From Bacteroidales bacterium (GTDB lineage: Bacteria; Bacteroidota; Bacteroidia; Bacteroidales; JAUNSR01): a stretch of 62,413 bases of DNA. A program made the translations under genes and the position numbers. Numbering within the stretch: position 1 is the stretch's first letter; each line of letters begins with the position of its first letter. Shown piece after piece: positions 48,527-57,658 of the stretch. Below the pieces are notes generated by a model. That model saw nothing but the letters and a program-made list of their open reading frames with translations. It did not search any database and was not told where the DNA came from. The stretch covers positions 1 to 62,413 of the forward strand of contig JAVVPN010000006.1 in assembly GCA_036655755.1 (NCBI GenBank), in the 5' to 3' direction.

Positions 48527-48605
48527 TAGAATATACAACAAGGATGATTATAACATTTTCCTTAAAAAACAGGAATAAGTTATTAAAGGATCAAAACTAT
48601 TGATT

Positions 48606-49187
48606 ATGAGATTTACATTGCCACCTCTTCCCTATCCGGAAGATTCATTAGAGCCTGCCATCAGCGCACGTACATTATCATTTCATCATGGTAAACATTT
48701 GGCGGCTTATATAGACAACACAAACAAGCTCATAGAGGGTACACGTTTCGAAAATGATGACCTTGAAACAATTGTACGCCATTCGGAAGGAGCTTTATTC
48801 AATAATGCAGCTCAAACTTGGAACCATATCTTCTACTTCGAATCATTCTCTCCTGAAAAAGGGATGACTCCTGAAGGTAAATTATTGGACGAAATTAAAA
48901 GAAGTTGGGGTTCATTTGAACAATTTAAAGAGGAATTTGTTAAACAAGGAGTAGCACAATTCGGATCAGGTTGGGTTTGGCTAATTAAAAATGCCAAAGG
49001 CGATTTGGAAATACTGAAAACCGGTAACGCCGGTACTCCGATCACACTGCAAGATGTAAAACCATTACTTACATTTGATGTGTGGGAACATGCCTACTAC
49101 CTCGATTATCAAAATCGCAGAGCCGATTCGTTAAAAGCCCTTTGGGATATAATCAATTGGCGAGTAGTAGAAAAAAGATTTGACTAA
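48606..49187 (+). CDS. sodB: Fe/Mn superoxide dismutase with Fe-type signature
   Basis: HHGKH, FNNAAQTWNH, FGSGW and DVWEHAYY. Confidence 0.93.
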   Translation: MRFTLPPLPYPEDSLEPAISARTLSFHHGKHLAAYIDNTNKLIEGTRFENDDLETIVRHSEGALFNNAAQTWNHIFYFESFSPEKGMTPEGKLLDEIKRSWGSFEQFKEEFVKQGVAQFGSGWVWLIKNAKGDLEILKTGNAGTPITLQDVKPLLTFDVWEHAYYLDYQNRRADSLKALWDIINWRVVEKRFD

Positions 49188-49272
49188 ATGCGTAATTCGC
49201 AAATAAAAATATAGTCGCGCGTGACGCGTAACTTTTCTAGCACTTTAAAATAAGCATAATGTGATGAATTCG

Positions 49273-49317
49273 ACAGAGAGCCATGCCTTGCGAAAGGGAG
49301 CTCTCTGTATTTTTTTT
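49273..49317 (+). terminator. Terminator downstream of sodB
   Basis: ACAGAGAGC / GCTCTCTGT stem with an apical CCTT-GCGA-AAGG, then a T run. Confidence 0.8.
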
Positions 49318-49442
49318 GTATCTACACCCCTATTAAAATCGATATCTTATCACCTAATATTCAATTATTTTACTATATTTAAGCAACATAACATTTAGTT
49401 ATTGAAGATTTTCTCTTTTACAAACCTTAAATTCTTCTATTT

Positions 49443-50531
49443 ATGAAAATAGGCATTCCTAAAGAGATTAAAAACAATGAAAACCGCGTATCTCTTACTC
49501 CTGCGGGAACACGCGCACTTACCGGTAAAGGACACATTGTTTATGTACAACATTTGGCAGGTAGTAACAGTGGATTTGCTGACGAGGAGTATATAAAAGC
49601 GGGAGCTCAGATCCTACCGGATATTGAGTCAGTTTATGCTATTGCCGACATGATTGTTAAAGTGAAAGAACCGATTGAGGCTGAATATAAACTGATCCGT
49701 CCGCATCAGCTAATCTTTACTTATTTTCATTTTGCATCCAGCAAAACATTGACAGATGCAATGGTAGCAAGTAAAGCAGTTTGTGTTGCTTATGAAACCG
49801 TAGAAAAAGATGATCATAGCTTACCTTTGTTGATACCTATGTCTGAGGTAGCCGGCCGAATGTCCGTACAAGAAGGAGCATTCTTTTTAGAGAAACCCCA
49901 TGGAGGAAAAGGTATATTACTTGGAGGCGTGCCCGGAGTAAAACCGGCGAAAGTATTGATTATCGGCGGTGGTGTGGTTGGTTATAATGCAGCAATCATT
50001 GCATCCGGAATGGGTGCAGATGTTATTATCTGCGATACATCCTTATCACGGTTGCGCCATTTGAGTGAAATACTTCCTAAAAATGTAGCTACCATGATGT
50101 CTTCCGAATATAATATTGCGGCAGAATTACCATATACAGATTTGGTTATCGGAGCAGTACTCATACCGGGAGCAAAAGCCCCTCACTTAATTACGCGCGA
50201 TATGCTCAAGCTTCTTCGCAAAGGTTCGGTGCTGGTAGATGTAGCGATCGATCAGGGTGGTTGCTTTGAAACTTCTCATCCGACTTCACATGATAATCCG
50301 GTATATGAAGTAGAGGATGTAGTGCATTATTGCGTAGCCAATATACCGGGAGCAGTGCCATTTACTTCAACTTTAGCACTTACAAATGCAACATTGCCTT
50401 ATGTTATCGAATTAGCAGAATTAGGCTGGGAAGAAGCTTGTAAAAGAAATCCTGAATTAATGCGCGGTTTAAATATCGTTGAAGGTGAAATCGTTTATAA
50501 GGGGGTAAAAGAAGCCTTCCAAACAGAATAA
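49443..50531 (+). CDS. ald: Alanine dehydrogenase
   Basis: IGIPKEIKNNENRV, VKVKEP, PMSEVAGR, IGGGVVG, DVAIDQGGC and HYCVANIPG. Confidence 0.96.
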   Translation: MKIGIPKEIKNNENRVSLTPAGTRALTGKGHIVYVQHLAGSNSGFADEEYIKAGAQILPDIESVYAIADMIVKVKEPIEAEYKLIRPHQLIFTYFHFASSKTLTDAMVASKAVCVAYETVEKDDHSLPLLIPMSEVAGRMSVQEGAFFLEKPHGGKGILLGGVPGVKPAKVLIIGGGVVGYNAAIIASGMGADVIICDTSLSRLRHLSEILPKNVATMMSSEYNIAAELPYTDLVIGAVLIPGAKAPHLITRDMLKLLRKGSVLVDVAIDQGGCFETSHPTSHDNPVYEVEDVVHYCVANIPGAVPFTSTLALTNATLPYVIELAELGWEEACKRNPELMRGLNIVEGEIVYKGVKEAFQTE

Positions 50532-50571
50532 TTTAACAGAGCCAGCTCTTATTTTTTTAATAATACAGACT

Positions 50572-50614
50572 CCGCGTTATTCCGATGAAATCATCTGCGA
50601 ATAACGCGGTTTTT
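50572..50614 (+). terminator. Terminator of ald
   Basis: CCGCGTTATTC / GAATAACGCGG followed by a T run. Confidence 0.8.
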
Positions 50615-50674
50615 ATATGCAGATCGAAAGGAATCGCTTATTTTTGTGAGTTCATTAAAAAAAAGAAAGATTCT

Positions 50675-51844
50675 ATGTTTTTTATAATATCTGTTATTGC
50701 CCTCATTTTACTTTCATTAGCCGGGAATTCCGTTTTTTACCTGAGCGCTAGCAAGCAACTGCGTAAAAATCGAATTTTCAGAACTATATGGGGAATCGAA
50801 ACCATTGGAGTAGCCCTTCTGCCCGTTATTTTGGTTTCACTTACCTTCTATACCGGATTATCTACCGATTCTCGAATCTTTATGTGGGGGGTGTTTCTCA
50901 CCCTTCTTTTTATCGTTCCTTTGATTTGTTTCATGATATATGCCCTCGTTGCGGTATTTCCGTTTAATCAGCGCATACGACGAGTCACCGCCGGCATAGG
51001 ATGGCTAATGATGGGAATTATTGCTTCTGCCATACTCTACGGAGGTATTGTAGGACGAAAAAAGATCGTTGTCGAAAAAGAAGTTATTTATACTTCACGA
51101 CTACCCGAATCATTCGACAAATTAAAAATCGTACAGATATCGGATCTGCATTTAGGAAGTATCCGCCATAATCCTGAATATATTCAGGCGATTGTTGATT
51201 CGGTCAATAACCAACATCCTGATTTAATTTTCTTTACAGGAGATTTAGTAAATAGCAAGGCAAGTGAGGCAGAACCTTTTCGTTCATTATTACATTCGCT
51301 AAAAGCCAAAGAGGGTGTTTACTCGGTATTAGGAAATCATGATTATGCATATTATCACCGCTGGAACTCCGAAGAGGAGCGACTTAATAATGTAGCGCAA
51401 TTAATCGCACTCGAAAAAAAGGCAGGCTGGGATCTTTTAAATAATGAACATCGAATATTATCACGAAATGACGATAGTATTGTTATTGCGGGGGTAGAGA
51501 ATTGGGGTGAAAAACGGTTCGGGCAGCAAGGAGATTTAAGCAAAGCTTTAACGAACATATCCGACTCCAGTTTTATCTTGCTATTGTCTCATAACCCAGT
51601 ACATTGGCGTAAAGAGGTGTTGCCTGAGACAAATGTAGATGTTACTTTTTCGGGACATACTCATGCCATGCAAATGCAGATAGGCAACTTCTCTCCCTCT
51701 GAATGGTTATATAAGGAATGGAGCGGTTTGTATCAAGAAAACAATCAATATCTATATGTAAACCGGGGAACCGGCTTCGTTATATTTCCGGCACGCATCG
51801 GTGCATATCCGGAAATTTCTTTCATTGAATTAAGACATAAATAA
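50675..51844 (+). CDS. Membrane-anchored calcineurin-like metallophosphoesterase (YkuE/YaeI-like)
   Basis: Four N-terminal TM helices; SDLH, TGDLVN, GNHD, LSHNP and SGHTH. Start MFFII at 50675, after TATTTTTG (50639-50646). Confidence 0.9.
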   Translation: MFFIISVIALILLSLAGNSVFYLSASKQLRKNRIFRTIWGIETIGVALLPVILVSLTFYTGLSTDSRIFMWGVFLTLLFIVPLICFMIYALVAVFPFNQRIRRVTAGIGWLMMGIIASAILYGGIVGRKKIVVEKEVIYTSRLPESFDKLKIVQISDLHLGSIRHNPEYIQAIVDSVNNQHPDLIFFTGDLVNSKASEAEPFRSLLHSLKAKEGVYSVLGNHDYAYYHRWNSEEERLNNVAQLIALEKKAGWDLLNNEHRILSRNDDSIVIAGVENWGEKRFGQQGDLSKALTNISDSSFILLLSHNPVHWRKEVLPETNVDVTFSGHTHAMQMQIGNFSPSEWLYKEWSGLYQENNQYLYVNRGTGFVIFPARIGAYPEISFIELRHK

Positions 51845-51846
51845 GT

Positions 51847-53973
51847 ATGAGCACAAATTTCAACACACTCATCTCAAAAACACTCAACATCAGCGAAAAG
51901 CAGATAGCCAATACGATCAAGTTATTGGATGAAGGGGCTACCATCCCTTTTATCAGTCGTTATCGAAAAGAAATGACCGGTGCGCTGGATGAAGTGCAAA
52001 TTGCAGCGATTAATGACACGCTCAATAAGTTGAAGGAGATTGAAAAACGAAAAAATACAATACTCTCAACCATTGAAGAACAAGGGAAACTGACGACGGA
52101 ATTAAAATCGCGTATAGAAACTACCTGGGATGCTACCGTTCTTGAAGATATCTATTTGCCATTTAAACCTAAACGTCGCACACGTGCCGAAATGGCCCGC
52201 GAAAAGGGTCTTGAGCCCCTTGCTACTTTTTTGATGTTTCAACAGGGGGCAGATCCGTTGCAGAAAGCAAATACATTTGTAAAAGATGGAATAAAAGATG
52301 CGGACGAAGCGTTGAAGGGTGCCCGTGACATTATTGCAGAGTGGGTAAATGAAGATGAAAAGTCGCGTAATAATATCCGTAATGTTTTCGCGCGCGAAGC
52401 TACAATCTCTTCTAAAGTAGTAAAAGGCAAAGAGGAAGAAGGTAGTAAATACCGTGATTATTTTGATTGGTCTGAACCACTGAAACGCTGTTCTTCTCAC
52501 CGAATGCTGGCGCTGCGCCGGGGTGAAAATGAGGGAATATTAAAAGTATCTATAGAGCCGGAAGATGAACATTGTATTGAAAGACTTGAACATCAATATG
52601 TAAAAGGTAATAATGCAGCATCGCAACAGGTTGCGGAAGCAGTTAAAGATGCTTATAAACGATTGCTTAAACCCTCTATTGAAACTGAATTTTCTCAATT
52701 ATCAAAAGAGAAGGCGGATGAAGAAGCTATTCGTGTGTTTGTAACCAATCTGCGTCAACTGCTGTTAGCCGCTCCGTTAGGACAAAAACGAGTGCTTGCA
52801 ATTGATCCGGGATACCGTACGGGATGCAAAGTTGTTTGTCTGGACGCACAAGGAAATTTGCTGCACAATGAAACAATTTATCCGCATGCGCCCCAAAATC
52901 AAACTTCTTTAGCGGCAAAAAAACTGTCGTCATTAGTTGAGCAGTATCAGATTGAAGCTATTTCAATCGGAAACGGAACGGCAAGCCGTGAAACAGAAGC
53001 ATTCGTAACCTCACTTCGATATGATCGGAAGTTACAGGTTTTCGTAGTAAGTGAGGACGGAGCGTCGATTTATTCGGCATCAAAAATCGCCCGCGAAGAA
53101 TTTCCGGAATATGACGTAACAGTGCGAGGTGCTATCTCTATTGGACGCCGGCTAATGGACCCCTTGGCAGAATTGGTAAAAATTGATCCGAAATCGATCG
53201 GTGTAGGTCAATACCAATACGATGTAAATCAAGCGCAATTAAAAAAATCGCTGGATCAGACAGTTGAGAACTGCGTTAATCAGGTGGGTGTAAATGTTAA
53301 TACAGCAAGTAAGCATTTGCTAACCTATATTTCTGGATTGGGCCCCCTATTAGCTCAGAATATTGTGAATTATCGGGCCGAAAACGGACCATTTAAAACT
53401 CGACGCGAACTATTAAAGGTACCTCGTATGGGTGAAAAAGCGTTCGAACAAGCAGCAGGGTTTCTTCGTATTCCGGGTGCATCTAATCCGCTTGATAATT
53501 CGGCTGTTCATCCCGAAAGTTATAAGATAGTAGAACAAATGGCAAAAGACCTGAATTGTTCGGTAAGTGAGTTGATTCGGGATAAAGAATTAAGATCAAA
53601 AATCAAGATAGAGCGTTATATAACAGATACGATTGGGTTGCCGACGCTACAAGATATTTTGAAAGAGCTCGAAAAACCGGGATTAGATCCTCGAGAACAG
53701 ATTAAAGTATTTGAATTCGATCCGAACGTACGTACGATTAATGATTTACGGGAAGGTCAGGTTTTACCGGGTATTGTTACCAATATTACCAATTTCGGTT
53801 GTTTTGTTGATGTCGGAATTAAAGAAAACGGATTGGTTCACATTTCTCAACTTGCCGATCGGTTCATTTCTGACCCAACGGAAATTGTTTCTATACATCA
53901 ACATGTAAACGTAAAAGTGCTTTCGGTTGATTTCGAACGAAAACGCGTACAGCTTACAATGAAAGAATTATAA
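51847..53973 (+). CDS. tex: Tex family RNA-binding protein (YhgF)
   Basis: GATIPFISRYRKE, IDPGYRTGCK, GNGTASRE, DPKSIGVGQYQ, HhH and a C-terminal S1 domain. Confidence 0.95.
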   Translation: MSTNFNTLISKTLNISEKQIANTIKLLDEGATIPFISRYRKEMTGALDEVQIAAINDTLNKLKEIEKRKNTILSTIEEQGKLTTELKSRIETTWDATVLEDIYLPFKPKRRTRAEMAREKGLEPLATFLMFQQGADPLQKANTFVKDGIKDADEALKGARDIIAEWVNEDEKSRNNIRNVFAREATISSKVVKGKEEEGSKYRDYFDWSEPLKRCSSHRMLALRRGENEGILKVSIEPEDEHCIERLEHQYVKGNNAASQQVAEAVKDAYKRLLKPSIETEFSQLSKEKADEEAIRVFVTNLRQLLLAAPLGQKRVLAIDPGYRTGCKVVCLDAQGNLLHNETIYPHAPQNQTSLAAKKLSSLVEQYQIEAISIGNGTASRETEAFVTSLRYDRKLQVFVVSEDGASIYSASKIAREEFPEYDVTVRGAISIGRRLMDPLAELVKIDPKSIGVGQYQYDVNQAQLKKSLDQTVENCVNQVGVNVNTASKHLLTYISGLGPLLAQNIVNYRAENGPFKTRRELLKVPRMGEKAFEQAAGFLRIPGASNPLDNSAVHPESYKIVEQMAKDLNCSVSELIRDKELRSKIKIERYITDTIGLPTLQDILKELEKPGLDPREQIKVFEFDPNVRTINDLREGQVLPGIVTNITNFGCFVDVGIKENGLVHISQLADRFISDPTEIVSIHQHVNVKVLSVDFERKRVQLTMKEL

Positions 53974-54073
53974 ATGCAATCGCCATAACTCGCCTAAGGC
54001 TGAGATATTCAACAGAAAATATATAAATGGCGCATTTTTATTTTAATATAAAAATAAGCAATACATAAATGAA
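53972..54073 (+). repeat. Dispersed leader element, copy 1 (full length)
   Basis: 69/83 ungapped identity to 59329-59411; ends at the folK-like start codon. Confidence 0.85.
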
Positions 54074-54446
54074 TCAGATTTTAATCAGTCTTGGCAGTAA
54101 TATGCCTTGTGGCAAAGGGAATATGGAATCTGCAATTAAGAAAATACGGGCAAAAGCGACTTTTGCCCGATTTTCTTCAATATATGACACCGATCCCATA
54201 GGGAAGCATAAACATGCCCGATATAAAAATTGTGTTGGCCAGATTCACTCTACCGAACCATTTGAATACTGGCACTCTTTTTTCAAGTCGCTTGAAATTG
54301 AAATGGGACGAAATGAATTGTTACGCGCCCAGGGGGATGTTCCTTTAGATATTGATATCGTAATCTGGAATGAAGATGTTATAAGGCCTCGGGATCTTAT
54401 GGCAGACTACCTGAAAGAAGGGCTACAAGAAATAGCTACACAATAA
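54069..54446 (+). CDS. folK: Short FolK/HPPK-like protein
   Basis: ISLGSN, SSIYDTDP, YKN, KSLE..MGR and LDIDI; lacks the usual C-terminal PHP segment. Confidence 0.75.
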   Translation: MNQILISLGSNMPCGKGNMESAIKKIRAKATFARFSSIYDTDPIGKHKHARYKNCVGQIHSTEPFEYWHSFFKSLEIEMGRNELLRAQGDVPLDIDIVIWNEDVIRPRDLMADYLKEGLQEIATQ

Positions 54447-54520
54447 TTGTAGGATTTTTACTATCCCGAATAGCAAATGTTGTAAGAGCTTAGCATCGAA
54501 TAACAGAACTGAAACGGCTT

Positions 54521-54545
54521 GAACAAGCATCCTAAGCTTATTGTT
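54521..54545 (+). promoter_or_regulatory. Putative ECF-type promoter GAAC-N17-TGTT
   Basis: GAACaagcatcctaagcttatTGTT, 30 nt before ATG 54576. Confidence 0.55.
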
Positions 54546-54575
54546 CTAATATTAAATGATTTAATGCAAATTATT

Positions 54576-55286
54576 ATGAAAGCGATATTAGAAAAAGCCA
54601 CACAACGAGGTCACTCCCATATTGACTGGATGGATGCATATTACTCTTTCAGCTATGGCGAATATAATAATCCGAATCGAATGAAGTTTGGAGCCTTACG
54701 ATTTTTGAATGACTTTACCATTGCTATAGACAAAAGTATCCGGATTAAAAATGCGCAGAATATTATTCTGGTTACCTTACCTTTAAAAGGGTCATTACAT
54801 CATTCCGATTCATATGGCCATGAAGATATGGTGCGTTGGGGACAAGCTCAGATTATGAATACAGGCACCGGAACTGTAACTAGTGAATATACAAATAAAA
54901 GTGAGCATCATTTGGTTGAATTCATACAGATCGGAATCATACCCAAAAAAATGGATACCGCCCCTGCTCATGAAATAATTGATTTTTCAGGAAGTCTGAA
55001 AGAACATTCATTTGTTACAATTATTGCGCCGCATGGCCCGGCGGCCGGCAAAATCGATCAGCAGGCCAGCATATCATTAGGCGAATTTCACCATGGCGAC
55101 TCCGTAGAATATAAATGTCACACTCCAGGCAACGGAGTTTTCGTTTTGTTATTGGGTGGGAGTATGGAATTATCGGGCTATCAAATGGATACAAAAGACA
55201 GTATCGAAATTACCGATTTTGATAAACTTGAATTCTCATTTAGCAAGAATAGCACTGTGCTCTTAATAGAAGTACCAATGCAATAA
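54576..55286 (+). CDS. Pirin-family (YhhW/YhaK-like) bicupin lacking metal ligands
   Basis: RGH...W...YSFS...YNNPNRMKFGALRFLND, PLKG.L.H.DS.G, QIMNTGTG and LLIEVPM; start MKAIL at 54576. Confidence 0.85.
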   Translation: MKAILEKATQRGHSHIDWMDAYYSFSYGEYNNPNRMKFGALRFLNDFTIAIDKSIRIKNAQNIILVTLPLKGSLHHSDSYGHEDMVRWGQAQIMNTGTGTVTSEYTNKSEHHLVEFIQIGIIPKKMDTAPAHEIIDFSGSLKEHSFVTIIAPHGPAAGKIDQQASISLGEFHHGDSVEYKCHTPGNGVFVLLLGGSMELSGYQMDTKDSIEITDFDKLEFSFSKNSTVLLIEVPMQ

Positions 55287-55301
55287 AACTAAATTACAAA
55301 T

Positions 55302-55348
55302 GTAAATCCTGAACAAGAGTGGTTATTTCACTCTTATTCAGGATTTAC
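55302..55348. terminator. Bidirectional terminator
   Basis: GTAAATCCTGAA.AAGAGTG / CACTCTT.TTCAGGATTTAC. Confidence 0.85.
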
Positions 55349-55371
55349 TTATTCACACAATTTTATCTGCG

Positions 55372-55845
55372 TTACTTCTTCAATAATACTTCATTGATTG
55401 CTTTCTTAAAGTCGGCTTTCGACATTGCCCCTTGCGCCATTTGTGGCTGCTCATTCATCGGAATGAATAATAAGGAAGGGATACTACGTATTCCAAAAGC
55501 GGCAGCTAAATCCTGTTCCTTCTCAGTATCGATTTTGTAGATATAGATTTCGCCATCATATTCAGCAGCTAATTCTTCCAAAATAGGTGAAATCATTTTA
55601 CAAGGGCCACACCATGACGCATAAAAATCAACAATTGCAGGTTTATCTCCCAGATATTTCCATTCATTGGGATTGGCTTCATAGTTTGCTACTTTTTTTA
55701 AGAACTCGTCTTTGGTTAAATGGATTGTCTTCATTTTATTCTCCTTTTCAATTTTATTTGATGCCTGATTATCGGATGTCTTTGCATTGCATGCGGTAAA
55801 TCCGAATGCGCCCAATATGGCCAGACTGATAAGAGTCTTCTTCAT
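55372..55845 (-). CDS. trxA: Thioredoxin with lipoprotein signal
   Basis: Lipobox FTAC; DFYASWCGPC and IRSIP. Confidence 0.9.
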   Translation of the reverse strand: MKKTLISLAILGAFGFTACNAKTSDNQASNKIEKENKMKTIHLTKDEFLKKVANYEANPNEWKYLGDKPAIVDFYASWCGPCKMISPILEELAAEYDGEIYIYKIDTEKEQDLAAAFGIRSIPSLLFIPMNEQPQMAQGAMSKADFKKAINEVLLKK

Positions 55846-55967
55846 TTGTATATAATTTCAAATTAATTTACTTTCCGACGGAAACTTTATACAAACATAA
55901 AAAGCTTTTATCACTAAAACAAGTTTCCTCAGGAAAATATTTTACATCTCTATTTATTTATCAATAT

Positions 55968-56720
55968 TCAACGTATAAAAACATACTCTGAATTAGATGA
56001 ATGTTCGGGTGAATACAAATAACCATCCCCTGTAAATTCTTTCACAGATTCAGTATCTATAATTTTCCGGTCAATAATATAACGTGCCATTAAGCCCCTC
56101 GCCTTCTTTACGGCCGGAGATACCGACCTTAATGAGCCATTGCGAAACTCCTTAAACGAAAGGGTGAGTATCTTACAATTTGCAAAACAAGTTGGATCAA
56201 TCAATTTAAAATACTCTTCAGAAGCCAAATTAAAAATCAATTCATTTTCATTTTCGTCCGCCAAAAACTTATTTACCGCTGGTTGCCAGTAGTCATATAA
56301 ATTCTTATATCCTTCTGGCTTCATCCGATTTCCAACATCCAACCGATATGGCTGAATCAGATCTCCCGCCCGTAAAATGCCATATAATCCTGAAAAAATA
56401 CGCAAATGCTTTTGTGCAAAAATAAGCGACTCATCATCTAATGTTAAGGCATTTAATGCAGTATATGCAGTACCTACATAAGCATAGATGGCAGGTATTT
56501 CTGCCGAAAAAGAGGTTCCGAATTGCTGATACATCTGAAAAGCCTGATGCAAAGTTGTACCTGAGGCTCCTAATATTTTACCTAACTCAGTTAAAGATAA
56601 CTCCTTGAGTAATTGGGCAAGTTGAGTTGTTTTTGTCAGTAATGCCGGTTGAGTAGCCGAAAATGCAGAAACCGGATTTGCTACCCGCATCTTTTTTGCA
56701 GGAGATAATAGTATTTTCAT
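55968..56720 (-). CDS. yaaA: Peroxide stress protein YaaA (canonical copy)
   Basis: LLSPAK, FSGLYGILR..DLIQPYRL, NLASEEY and KKARGLMARY. TATCTTTG box at 56776-56783. Confidence 0.92.
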   Translation of the reverse strand: MKILLSPAKKMRVANPVSAFSATQPALLTKTTQLAQLLKELSLTELGKILGASGTTLHQAFQMYQQFGTSFSAEIPAIYAYVGTAYTALNALTLDDESLIFAQKHLRIFSGLYGILRAGDLIQPYRLDVGNRMKPEGYKNLYDYWQPAVNKFLADENENELIFNLASEEYFKLIDPTCFANCKILTLSFKEFRNGSLRSVSPAVKKARGLMARYIIDRKIIDTESVKEFTGDGYLYSPEHSSNSEYVFIR

Positions 56721-56771
56721 TTATATATAATTTTATTTTTAACATTAAAGTATAAATGCGCCATTTATATA
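56714..56771 (-). repeat. Dispersed leader element, copy 2 (3' half only)
   Basis: 36/38 identity to 59377-59414; similarity continues to TATATATAAATGAAAA at the yaaA start. Confidence 0.85.
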
Positions 56772-56798
56772 TCTCCAAAGATAGCGAAACCAATAAAA

Positions 56799-56835
56799 AA
56801 ATCCCGAAACAATCATAAAGACTACTTCGGGATTT
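56799..56835 (-). terminator. Terminator between the two yaaA paralogs
   Basis: AAATCCCGAA / TTCGGGATTT with a T run on the minus strand. Confidence 0.75.
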
Positions 56836-56853
56836 CATCAGCAATTTAACTTA

Positions 56854-57630
56854 TTATTCATCCGCTGTTGTACGGGTATAAACCCATTCGTTATTATCAG
56901 ATACGTCTGTATTCAATTTGTATCCTTTCCATGACCATGATTTCAGATCGTCCAGCTTATCTACCTTGTTTTTAACAATATAATTTACCAATTCTGCTTT
57001 TGCCGACTCTGCATATTGAGGTAATTCTTTCCACTCTTCATCACGCCAGTCTTTAAATGTAACAGATGCAACCTTATATTTTTCAGTTAAGGCTTTTACT
57101 TCTATCGCCTTTAAAGTTTTATCGATACCAAGGTAAAGGACTTCGCCACCGGCATCTTTTGCATCTTTCATCAGTTGCTGAGTGAGCAGGTCTTTCCAAT
57201 AATCCAATACATCATCGGCACCCAAATCCCGCAAGCGCAGATTAAATACCAAGCGATAAGCCTTAATAACATCGAGCGGCCGCAATACTCCATAAAGCGC
57301 ACTGAGGATGCGGACATGCTGCTGAGCATAATGCAAATCTGTCGGAGTAAGTTTTTGAGGGGCCATCGTTTTATAGAGCTCATCATTAAAGGCGAATAAC
57401 GCGGGTTTAGGAGCTACCGACAAATCATCAAACTTCTGAAACTCTTCATAAATATGAGTTGCTTCGCCCTCACTGATCTGCATCTTCTCAGAAATTTCAT
57501 GTACCGACAAATTTCGCATCAAGGCAGCCAGAAATTCTGCTTCCATCTGAAAAATCGGAAGTGATGTATCTTCTTGCTGGCTAGCCACTGCCATATTCAT
57601 CTCTTTTGCCTGGGGAATAATCACTAACAT
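56854..57630 (-). CDS. Divergent, acidic YaaA-family paralog
   Basis: IIPQAK and ILSALYGVLRPLDVIKAYRL retained; NLAS.EY and KKARG motifs lost. Confidence 0.85.
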   Translation of the reverse strand: MLVIIPQAKEMNMAVASQQEDTSLPIFQMEAEFLAALMRNLSVHEISEKMQISEGEATHIYEEFQKFDDLSVAPKPALFAFNDELYKTMAPQKLTPTDLHYAQQHVRILSALYGVLRPLDVIKAYRLVFNLRLRDLGADDVLDYWKDLLTQQLMKDAKDAGGEVLYLGIDKTLKAIEVKALTEKYKVASVTFKDWRDEEWKELPQYAESAKAELVNYIVKNKVDKLDDLKSWSWKGYKLNTDVSDNNEWVYTRTTADE

Positions 57631-57658
57631 AGCCGTATTGTTTAAATTAAAATAAAAA

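Noticed and set aside
48544-48603. 19-codon uORF in the sodB leader
   Set aside because: Unremarkable AT-rich ORF with no supporting motif or second copy.
49273-49308. Group II intron domain V remnant
   Set aside because: Only a superficial GAGCC..GNRA likeness; no domain VI or RT, and the T run marks it as a terminator.
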